This document shows positions 23,077 through 34,145 of a DNA stretch of 64,000 bases, piece after piece; the stretch's first letter is position 1; each line of letters starts with the position of its first letter. The stretch is taken from the NCBI RefSeq assembly GCF_964204645.1, contig NC_134028.1:1426001-1490000 (forward strand), given 5' to 3'. Source of the stretch: Tubulanus polymorphus. Taxonomy: Eukaryota; Animalia; Nemertea. The notes under the pieces are model-generated. The model made no database searches and was not told where the DNA came from. It saw only the letters and a list, made by a program, of their open reading frames with translations. A program made the translations under genes and the position numbers.

Positions 23077-24135
23077 TGTGCTCGAGGAATTATAACGTAA
23101 GCTCCTCAAACACGTGGACTGTATTTCAAAAACAGTCCAACCATGGACGTATAAACTATAAACTAGAGTTTACACATCCATGGTCCAACCATAGACTCTA
23201 AAACAGAAACGTCTATGGCCCACAACCATGGACTCTCGAGTCCATGGCTCCCCGCACTAAAACCAGAGATAAACCTGGCCAAATACTCTGGAAAGCGTAA
23301 GATTTAATGAATCAATCTGATTTACATTTTTACTCTTTAAAATTTGACCCGGCCGGCCACCTATCTACCAAGGTATTACTTTAAAATCATGATAAGCTAA
23401 CCATAACAGACCCGGCAGATAGAAATTAACTGATTACAAATTTCATTGATTTATGAAATGACCCGCCTGATCAGGAAAAACAAGGTATCATTTTTAGCCT
23501 TATAATAATGACTTAGATTATTCAATAATAAAATTACTAGCTTTTAATATCACATATCATGCAAGGTATTTCAAAGTTTTTATTCAAATTTCCACTGCAA
23601 CTGATTCATACAATTTGAATCAATAGGAAAATAACAAATTTACACAAAGAATTGTTAACTTTGATCCATAAAACACCGACAATTGGGACTAGTCCGAATG
23701 TCTAAGACTATTAATTTGACATTTCATGATGTCACCGGGCATGAGTGACACTTGATTATTTCATGAAATATGAAGCATTCTATCATATCAACTATACAGC
23801 AAATGACAATGTAAGAAAGATTTCTGTTTATACAAAAAACTGCAAAACATATCTCTAGCATATAAACATTAAAGCTGGACATAAAACCACAAATTCATTC
23901 AAATAATCAATCTCTAATTTCATTTCATTAACATTATTTTTACAAGAAAACTGAAATTTTGCAAACTTTGCTTTGTATTCGAGGAATTATCAGTTCTTCG
24001 TTAACCAATGGGTGAACTGTATTTGAAAAAAAAAACAGTTCAACATAAAAGCATTAAAATCAGAGATAAAACCTAAAGATTAACTCTGGAAAGCTTGAGA
24101 TTAGCTAATCAATCTTTATTTTCATTTTCATTAAA
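23077..24135. repeat. Diverged direct duplication (23077-23335 vs ~23973-24135); the first copy carries inserted mini-palindromes
   Basis: Shared blocks tcgaggaattat...actgtattt.aaaaacagt.caac...cagagataaacct...actctggaaagc.t.agatt...aatcaatct. Confidence 0.7.
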
Positions 24136-25676
24136 ATTATTTTCCAAGATAACTAGAGTTTTACAAGATAACTAGAGTATTTCTAACTTTGCCTGAGATT
24201 TTCAAACATTATCAGTTCGCTCATTTAATACAACGTTATTTCAGGGAAAACATGACAATAATTTTACTATCGATAACTAATCACGTTTATAGCTGTTTAA
24301 CATTCTTTCTAAAAAAGAGTAAAATGTATCTCCCAGATATTATCCCTAAAACAATTAACATTTACAGCAGTGATAGGGTGTGATATATAGGTAAATGGAC
24401 GCATGATCTTTCATCAGTTATTTGAAGCATTCTATCGAAACAGATATTCTTTAGTGTGTTTGGTTCAGTTAAGGTTTATGGTTATTTGTTTTGTTTATTA
24501 CTGAGCCGATAGAATGCTTAAAACAACAACAGAAAGGATCTCAAGAGGTTGGGAAACACGGAGAAGGTTGTTCTATGAAAGAAGAACCTTTAATAATTGG
24601 ATTAAGTTGATTAGAAAAAATGCCTGATGATGAAGGCCCTATATAGAGTATTTACTAATTGTTTGTTGGTTTCATTTATTTTTATTACTTATAATTTAAT
24701 TTGTTTTTTTTTGTTATGTATTTTTTATTAATTGTTTTTTTTATGTATTTTTCATAATTATGTTCTATGTATTTTGTACTATTTATTACAATCTACATCA
24801 TCAGGAATTTTTTATCGGTGAAATTATGGGCTCACTTTAAAAAAGTGCTACAAATTCACTGCTGCACCTAAATAATAGTTTATTATAAAACACCCCGATT
24901 AGTATGAAAGCCACTCAACCTTATGATGTGGATGACAATGAAAGAAGTTAAAACAGCTATAAACAAAATTAAAACGATCAAAATCAAGCTCAAGAGATCA
25001 AACTAATAACGTTCCAATATCCTTTATTGCGTTTAAAAGTTGCAACTGTTTAACTGACTACGCTCTCCCTTTTGAACATTTAGGCTATGCAAATCATTTT
25101 CACTCAATAAAATATAAAATAAATCACTATTTCTAATATTAATAATCGAATAAAGACTAAGAGAGTAATTCATTCTATGAACTATATGATTATTACAAAT
25201 TAAGCAAAGCTATGTTTAACTAAAGTATGAAGCTTATCTGAACTATCCTGTCGATATTATATCTCAATTTACGTGTATTTCAACCGACCTACGAGTCAAA
25301 CTGATACGCTGAACGCGATCGATACCATGAATTAATGGAGCGTAAATTTTATGAGACTCCAAGAAGGAACTTTAAGGACTTAAATGACTCATCTGTTTAA
25401 CAAATCTAAACAGTTTGCCTAATCAGTATAAAGAATCAGGAGGATGCCATTTTATTGAAATATTCAAACATGAATAGTTCCTTCTCAGGCCCAGGGCCCA
25501 AATTACCTAATTTTAATAATCAACATTTCAACAATTAATCAACTATTCTTTAGTTTATTCCGCCCCTTCAAATAGATAGTGAATTTTGTAAAGACTGATT
25601 GTAAAGACACATCAGACTGATTTGTAAAAAGGTGATACGTAAAATAAATCAATACTTCACATATTCTACTGTCGTT

Positions 25677-26048
25677 GCTGCTCCTGAATAAGTGTTTATA
25701 AGATACGCAATGTCTCTGCTGCTCCTGAAAAAGTGTTTATAAGATACGCATTGTCTCTGCTGTACCTGAAAAAGTGTTTATAAGATACGCATTGTCTCTG
25801 CTGCTCCTGAATAAGTGTTTATAAGACACGCATTGTCTCTGCTGCTCCCGAATAAGTGTTTATAAGATACGCATTGTCTCTGCTGCTCCTGAATAAGTGT
25901 TTATAAGATACGCAATGTCTCTGCTGCTCCTGAAAAAGTGTTTATAAGATACGCATTGTCTCTGCTGCTCCTGAATAAGTGTTTATAAGATACGCATTGT
26001 CTCTGCTGCTCCTGAATAATTGTAATGAGAGACGCAACGTCTCTGCTC
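25677..26048. repeat. 41-bp minisatellite, ~9 copies
   Basis: Unit GCTGCTCCTGAATAAGTGTTTATAAGATACGCATTGTCTCT. Confidence 0.96.
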
Positions 26049-26711
26049 CACCAATTGTAGAAGAAATCCATCATTGAGCGATAAACCGATAAAGGCTGAA
26101 TTTCTCATCTAGACTTCAGCAGTTAAATTCAAGTTGGATTCATTCTGCTGACTGTTTTAATCACTAGATTCTAGATGGTTAGTTGATCTTAGTATGGGCT
26201 TTTTCTCATAGATGTGATTCAGCTGAAAAGAGTTAAAGACAATATCCTGTATTCACACAATATTTCATATAACATTAATCATAATAATTTCCATGTGAAT
26301 CAACTTACCTTACAAGATTGCCGAGTATCGGCTAGGATTGTCTTAGTTGGTTCATGAGTTAAATTCGTTGGACTCTTCCATGGTAGTTGATGAATTCAAT
26401 TCAAGTTGTACCTTCTATGATTGCGGTGTTCATTATCGGATCTCCTAAGTTGGTTGGTTCTTGAGTTTCATTCGAATCGGCCCCTTCTGTGCGCTGTTCT
26501 CTAATCGGCAGATTTCTGATGATTTGTTGACCTCAAGCTCTCGTTTGAGTTGGTGTCCCTTACAAACCTACCACACCTGCTGGAAGCGAAACGGCGGTTT
26601 TTTTCAAAATCGGAAATCGAAGTACAGATATAGTTGCCTGATCGGCGGTCGTTTTTTTTAAGTCCAAGAACATAATTGGTAATTCGGTTCCGGTTCATTC
26701 AAACAATCTTT

Positions 26712-27480
26712 TATTCTGCCTAATTCTGATTTTGGAAATAACTATATTACAAGGTTGAAGATAATTTTACAATATTTGGTCTTTTTTATGTAACTAGTCC
26801 GAAAGTTTAATGATTTTGTCTAACTTCAATTTTTTTGGTCGTTTTCACCGTTTAAATAGTCGAAGCACATATTAAGTGACTGATTGGGGTTAACTTTTTT
26901 TCTGCCTAATTCAATACATGGAGATTTTGGAAATAACTATATTTTACAATATTTGGTCTTGTTTTTATGTAACTAGTCTGAAAGTTTACAAGGTTGAATA
27001 ATTTTATCTATTTTTTTTCTGCCTAATTTAATACATCGAGATTTGGAAATAACTATATTTTACAATATTTGGTCTTTTTTCATGTAACTAGTCCGAAAGT
27101 TTACAAGGTTGAATAATTTTATCTATTTTTTTCTGCCTAATTTAATACATCGCGATTTTGGAAATAACTATATTTTACAATATTTGGTCTTTTTTTCATG
27201 TAACTAGTCCGAAAGTTTACAAGGTTGAATAATTTTATCTATTTTTTTTCTGCCTAATTTAATACATCGAGATTTTGGAAATAACTATATTTTACAATAT
27301 TTGGTCTTTTTTTCATGTAACTAGTCCGAAAGTTTACAAGGTTGAATAATTTTATCTATTTTTTTCTGCCTAATTTAATACATCGAGATTTTGGAAATAA
27401 CTATATTTTACAATATTTGGTCTTTTTTTCATGTAACTAGTCCGAAAGTTTACAAGGTGGGAGAATTTTGTCTAACTTTA
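26712..27480. repeat. ~114-117-bp AT-rich tandem repeat, ~6 copies
   Basis: Unit ttctgcctaatttaatacatcgagattttggaaataactatattttacaatatttggtc...taactagtccgaaagtttacaagg; bracketed by a diverged direct repeat cataattgg...ttccggttcattcaaac at ~26671 and ~27567. Confidence 0.93.
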
Positions 27481-27789
27481 ATTTTTTTGTCATTTTCACC
27501 GTTTAAATTTGTCTAATTTTTTAAAGTTTATTGTAGTTTTTCTCGAGTACGTCTGAAATCGGAGTACATAATTGGGAAATTTGATTCCGGTTCATTCAAA
27601 CTATCTTCCAATCAGTCTGAAACGGCAAGCTGAAGAAAAGAGCAGAACCTTTTGAGTAGAAAATCCTTTCGAATATCACTGATCATAATAATCATGTCAA
27701 TTCATATATAAGATCAGCAATATGGATCGATACGTAGATTTTAATAATAGTCTTAAATGATATTTATGAAATTCAACGCATATAGTAAT

Positions 27790-30445
27790 TCATCTATATT
27801 CTAAATATCTAAGCAATGGTTGATTATTATAGTTTAACAACAATTCAACTAAAGCATCTATAGTCATCTCTAGGAATACCAGAGTTACAACAAATTTAGT
27901 TATGCATAATCAATCTTATCAAATCGTTTTTGAACTGTTTTCTCTTCTATCTTCTTGAAATTCTTGATGTGTCTTTTATTGAAACCCAGGCCCATCATAC
28001 AGTGCAAACCTGCTAGTAATATTGGCCTATATATATTTCGATTGTCAGCTAAACCCTGTTCGTATTATTAAATTTACTTCATCGTGAGTTAATAAACTTA
28101 AGAGATGTTTTCTACCCACAGATGGCGACATCTGTACCCAGTGAATGGTATTCTAATCCATTTCATTAATTCTAAATATTGCTCCTAATATATACAATGA
28201 TTTTGTAATTATGATAATATAACTAACTGAAGAGTGAGTGCGCTGCCAGCATTGAGCACACTGATCCTATAAGTAACATGGTTCTACAGATTTAAGAAAC
28301 CTCGAATCATTCCCACAACTTGATAAATCCAGAATTCTGCAAAGCCTTAAAGATTCAATAAATCCCACGCGCAAGAGACAGAGTTAAAACATACCCAGTA
28401 TTCTTTATATATCAACCGATATTGAATTATACTTATCAACCCCTATGGTTTAGATTTGAGCACTTTTACCTTATATGAAGATGCTGAATTAGATACCTAA
28501 TCAATAAGTTAATTGATAATGTCCTAGCTATAATTGAAATTGTCTCGGACAATATTTTATATGGGGCTTGAAATTTCTACACGAGAAGAATTTCAGATCC
28601 GGTACGAATTTGAATTAATCACTACTATTTGAAATGCTAATTTTGCATCAGAGCTTTTGATACCTAGCTTAACTAACCCAGAAACCCCCAAAACCTAACT
28701 GATTCAACAGATCCCACACACACATGTGGCCCAGTTAGACGCAGATGACATTGCGCGATACAGTCGTCTCATCCACTGTGCAATTTTGAATAAGTTTCAC
28801 TTATATTCATTTCATTGAATTCATTTTGATTAAATTCTAGGTATCTAAGCGAACCATTAATTAGTAATCATACTAGCTATATTTTAATTGTCAGTTGAAC
28901 AATATTTATATGGAGCCTGAAAATCTACATGAGTAGAATTTCAGATGTGGTGAATTCGTCACTATTTGAATTCATCAGAAATTAAAGATAAAAAAGCACA
29001 TTTTTAGTGGTAAATTAGAAATTCCCTTAGCCGAATGGCTATATAATCTTTATTTACCTTATATAGTACACTGTGTATAAGGACCAAAAGACCTTGTTAT
29101 GACCGGACCTCCCTGGTGCGGTGCGAGTCATGATGCTAGAAAATAGTTTGAAGGAGAGGGGTTAGTAAAAGAGAGCTATTAGCAAGAGGAATAAGACCTA
29201 AGTTTAGGACATCCTGTCAGAATAAGGCTTTCAATCTGACATACACAGTGAAATTGAAATATTCCCCCTTCCAAATCCAGGAATGTATTTGTGCACAGAT
29301 TCGATCGGAAGTAAATCTGCGTTAAATGATTTTGGCAATATGTATCAAAACTAATACAGCTGTGTGAAGACACCATAGGTTCACTTAGATACAGATAAAT
29401 AAATGTGCTCAGATACACATGTATCAGCTACATTTTAAATGTCCATGGAATTAGAAATAATTTCACATAACAATTGAATTAACCTTAATCGATCTAAGTA
29501 ATACGTTAATGAGTAATTCATCTTAGATTCTAATTTTCAGTTAAACTATATCTTATATGCGTCACTTGACACACAGTATGGCTTTTAGATATTAATTGAA
29601 TCAGTTAGGTTTGAGTAAATTTTGCAAATAATGAAAAGCATGGCTATCGTCGTAAGCGCGGCAGTAGGCGATACAGAACTGATCAGTCAATGAGACTGAT
29701 TCACTTATAGATGTGCTCAAATATATTATATATTTCAGCTATATTTCAATAAATATTTATGATATAAAAAGTTTTTGATGTAACATCAAATATTGAATTC
29801 ATCTTAATTGTGAATATCTAAGCCATTTTTCCTGGCTGTATGCTAATTGTCAGTCAAACAACAATTATCATGCGTCGCCCAAAACGGGACGCAGTGTTTC
29901 AGGAATGAATTAAATCAATTAAAGCTTTGGTTTATTCTGGATTTATCTAAATGTTGAGACCAAATCACTGTTTCATAAAGACCTGTAGTCCATAGTTTTC
30001 CCCATATAACACCAGACCTCGATAGAGCCCTAGACACTATCTTATGAAATTCATAACTGTTATGTGTGAGGCAGCACACAGTATATATTGTAAAGTATGG
30101 CCTCAATCTTAATAAATTTATCAATATATTATTTGTAAAGAAAAATCTATCAACCAACGATAAAGTTTAATTGATATATCTTTAAGTAAAAATTGTCCTA
30201 TCTAGATCTTGACTGTCAGTTAAACAATAGTCATATGAGGCCTGAAATATCTACGATACATTCGAATAATTTCAAATGTCACATAAGATATTGAATTGTA
30301 CGTACTTACAAAATCTTTTAATCAATAACTGACCAATCTACATTTTAATTATCAGACCAAAGAATATTTAAGGGACCTCACTCAATCATTTCGTCTAATA
30401 TTGTAAATATTCAAGCAATCATTGCCTAGCTATATTTCAATTTAC
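27790..30445. repeat. Old, highly degenerate ~330-350-bp array sharing an AT-rich core motif
   Basis: Recurrent TATCTAAGC...CTAGCTATATTTTAATTGTCAGTTAAACAAT...TATG-like motif at about 28020, 28520, 28870, 29520, 29830, 30200, 30335 and 30425. Confidence 0.6.
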
Positions 30446-30907
30446 TACCGGCCACAGAGCCTCAATAAAGTAGTGCGGAGATGGTGAGCTTGACCAGCGC
30501 CTATGCATTCTACCCCAGATATGAAAAATCAACTTAGCTTTATGTATGTATGTATTCCTGTTGCCATGCAGGATGAGCCATGCAAGACTGCCAGGTTCGG
30601 CTGCGACAGGTCTTTCGGTGTTTGGTGGTACTTCAAGGTGGAGTCTTTTGTGGGCACTTCTGGTGGGCAGATTTTAGATGGGCCTTTCCGGATTAACCTG
30701 AAATGAGTAAAAGAACGATATTCTGTAGTTACACAATCCTTTCCGTATCACGCATCGTTATTTACATGTGTATCAACTTAACTTTCAATATTGCTGAGTT
30801 CAGTGTTCTTTTTTGGCATCGTCTTCGTTGTAGTCACCTTCAGCATCTTCTTCTTCATCTCGGGAGTCCTGAAATGAAAAAAAAGAGAAGAGCGATGAAA
30901 ACCTGGT

Positions 30908-31055
30908 ACGGAACAAAACTAATGTTCGAAAGCTTTTCAGCTCTCCCTCGCCGGTCACATGCCGAGAACACCAGACAATGAGCCAGCTAGGAATATACTG
31001 CCCTCTACACGCCCTCACACAGAACGCGAAAACCAGAATGACAACGCCTCACATT
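30908..31055 (+). mobile_element. Decayed non-LTR retrotransposon (RTE-like) ORF2 3'-end fragment, copy 1
   Basis: Frameshifted translation TNVRK..QLSLAGHMPRTPDNEPARN..ALYTPSHRTRKP resembles the 'R.L.F/WAGHV.RM...GKR..GRP' C-terminus of RTE-type RT ORFs (recognised by eye). Confidence 0.6.
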
Positions 31056-31172
31056 CCCCATCTAACTGCAGGATGTACTGGGCGACGTCAGTAACTGACA
31101 AACCTGTAAAATTGCACGAAACACAAATAGTGCAGTACAACCAGCTTGACCGGGTTGAGATTCAGGATCTCA

Positions 31173-31452
31173 ACTAGCACCCAAAAGCGTGACAAGAGAC
31201 TTCATCCACTGACCGAGGTTATCACAAGGACACAATGAAACTAGCACTCACAAGCTGACGAGAGACTTCATCCACTGACCGAGGTTATCACAAGGACACA
31301 ATGAAAACTAGCACTCAAACTAGAAATCAAAGAGCGTGACAGTAGAATCATCCCTCAGCCGACTCAGAATACCAGAAACAAAGAGCGTGACAGTAGAATC
31401 ATCCCTCATCCGGGCGGTCACAAGGACACAATGAATGCTAGTAGCGTGACAA
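31173..31452. repeat. Short diverged tandem repeats between the two LINE relics
   Basis: agagacttcatccactgaccgaggttatcacaaggacacaatgaaa x2 and aaagagcgtgacagtagaatcatccctca x2. Confidence 0.8.
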
Positions 31453-31544
31453 TCCAGTATAACCGCTCCATTTGTATCCCGCGCAATCCCGCAGATATGC
31501 CCGTCATTGACATCACTCAGCACACTTTGTAGATAGGTGGGGGC

Positions 31545-31690
31545 AGTGAGGCCTCGTCATCCTGGTTTTCGTGTTCCGTATGAGGGCGTGTAGAGGGCAG
31601 AATTTCCTGACCGACTCTTTGTCTGACATCCTCGACACATGACCGGCGAAGGAGAGCTGACGCTTTCGGACATTAGTTTTGTTCCAGCAA
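31545..31690 (-). mobile_element. Decayed non-LTR retrotransposon (RTE-like) ORF2 3'-end fragment, copy 2, inverted relative to copy 1
   Basis: Reads TNVRKRQLSFAGHVSRMSDKESVRKF/ALYTPSYGTRKPG across one frameshift; alignable with 30908-31055 in reverse complement. Confidence 0.65.
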
Positions 31691-32904
31691 ACGTTGAAAT
31701 TCGACAGAGAAATCGGCCCTGAAAAATAAAACGGGTTAAAACCTGAAAAATAGAACGGATTAATGAACACTGAACAGTACAGGACAGCACAGAGACAAAC
31801 AGTAACACATAAAACATAAAGACGTCGTTCCTCAGGAAGCAGGAACAGGAGCAGGAGCGGGAGCGCAGCGAAAATCGCCAGGAGGAGAATCCACGGTAGC
31901 ATGTTCACAGTGTGAGTAAGCTGAGGTGAATGGTATATGCTTGTGTACACCGTGGTCAGCCGGTGACGTGTTCAATAGCGCGTATGAATGCTATCAACAA
32001 CTCTGAAAAACCGCAATTGTGTCTCTATTGTTGAATGGATTTACATTATGAAAGGTTCCACCGCCGGGTTGAATACGCGCCAGTAGTCAGCTGAACAATA
32101 TAGTGGAGGAACTTTAATAAGGCCATGAAATAAATTACTCGATTCCAACAGAGATAACTAACTCACACCATGCACGAGGAAAGCGGTCTATTTGAGTCAT
32201 CGGGGGAAACCCACTAATACCATGTATTCACGATTAATCATCATTCAAACTGTTATCACGCTCGCTGTTGTAATGTGGTCACATTTCTCTGGTGAAATTA
32301 ATCCCTTAAGTTCCTAATCTTTGTTTCTTGGTGACATAATGTACGTTCGATATTGACCCTCTCCATCAATGACTCTCGCCTTTCTTTCCTGCCACCTGAA
32401 ATAATAAAAAGAAAGTATTTCTTAGTGGTTAATTACCTCGGACGGTCAAACATTCACAGAGTTACCCTTTCATCAGTTGTGCCACGTTTAAATATAATAC
32501 ATTATAATGTTCCCTTAAAGAGCACATGCCATCATTCGTGGCTTGTCTTTTTAAACCACATTGTTTGAAAGAACACAATCAATGAACACTAACTGAGCAA
32601 TTTTTTAAAAAATTTTAAAAAGTTTTATATACTTTGTAAGCTATTTTATATTGCATGTGGGTCATGTGACCAGCTCTGACCAATCAGCTAGAAATGGTGA
32701 AGCATGTTGGCAATTTGCGTAAGGTTCCCGATGTTGGTGCAGGGCTCTGATCGATACTTGGTATCGTGAATGATGTGACAACCCACAAGGGGTGTCCTTG
32801 GTTCAAACCTGGTAAAATGCCATTGGAATAGATGTCCTGTTTCCTCGTTCTTCTTCACTCTACCCAAGACTCATATCATAACTCTTCTGGTTTACAATCA
32901 CATT

Positions 32905-32910
32905 TTTATT
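32905..32910 (-). terminator. Candidate GBF1 polyadenylation signal AATAAA
   Basis: AATAAA on the minus strand ~1.2 kb downstream of the GBF1 stop, at the end of an AT-rich UTR-like stretch. Confidence 0.45.
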
Positions 32911-33587
32911 GAAACAAATATTTAATATTTTAATTTACAATTGTATCATACACGGTCACGCGGTATTTTCCATGTTTTCTTTACATGTATTTTATTTAAT
33001 ATATGTACAACAATGTTGATAGCCGATTAAATTATTCCGCCTTAAACTCAAGTTCAATGCAGAAAAATCAAGTCTTATTCCTAATAAAATGTAATGGTTC
33101 AAATTGAAAACTTTTAAGTTCATTAGTCTGGAATAATTTCATACAACAAATATGAACGATATTTTCAGATATTAACAATAAACACATTGTCATCAATTCA
33201 CGGCAGTAGAAGTCTCTGATTCAAATTGTTGCCAAAATTACGAGACCCTATCTATCGCTGTTTATAGCAAACATTTACTCACAAAAACAACATCACTACA
33301 GCATCCACAAACACATCTAAAATATCTCAACCATAAAAACAACTCGTTAAGAAATGTTAACTACACTGGCAATTGCAACCTCAATTCGTAATGAAAATCA
33401 CGTTGCAGCTGTTTAAATTGTCAGTGCAATTTTCAGAGGTTGTAATTATTTGTTTATTTCTCTAGCACAGTAAGTAAATTATCTGCTCAAATCGGATGTT
33501 TACGGGCCACAAAAGAGTGACATTCGAGCCAGACACGATAGAACAGTTGATCGGATCTGACTTGAGCGGAGTCTACTGTACCATCAA

Positions 33588-33689
33588 CCAGGATCCAGTT
33601 CCACGGATGAGAAGTTGAAGTAAGAATTAATTGATTATCAATGAGTTAACTTACAAATCTTAACTCGAAACTATAGAACTGAATCCTGG
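33588..33689. mobile_element. ~100-bp palindromic MITE (CAGGATCCAGTTCCAC family) in the GBF1 3' UTR
   Basis: ccaggatccagttccac ... atagaactgaatcctgg; homologous to 43200-43313. Confidence 0.65.
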
Positions 33690-34020
33690 TCTATAAACAT
33701 CTTGAATACTCTTACAAACAAACAGCAAAATATTAAATTTCTCCTAAGATATTTGTGTTAATGATTTAAATCAAACTAATCTAACGTAATACAAATATTT
33801 GGTATGCAATCATGTTAGACCAGCCATAGTGAGGCTGGTGGAAACAGCCCTGATTAGTGCAGAAATCAAATAGTCAGAATATGGTGCACGCTTTTCAGTT
33901 GTAACGTCTTAAAACGATGAATAAATTTTACAATTTACGTACATTTCAAATCACTAAAACTTCAAAGATTTATTAATATACACAAGAAGTAAAGTTTATC
34001 TCAAGAAACGTTAAAATGCT

Positions 34021-34145
34021 GTGAATGATTACTCAATAGACGACCCGTATTCACATGTCATGTGAATCATTACTCGATAGACGACCCGTATTCACATGTC
34101 ATGTGAATCATTACTCGATAGACGACCCGTATTCACATGTCATGT
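34021..34145. repeat. 41-bp tandem repeat x3 overlapping the predicted GBF1 stop codon
   Basis: Unit GTGAATCATTACTCGATAGACGACCCGTATTCACATGTCAT. Confidence 0.92.

Noticed and set aside
24615-24812. Short inverted repeat containing CCTGATGATG
   Set aside because: No GAAA box or stems; the arms are short and enclose low-complexity T-rich DNA.
26516-26600. CTGATGA ... GCGAAAC resembling a hammerhead
   Set aside because: No stem II directly joining the two boxes and no stems I or III.
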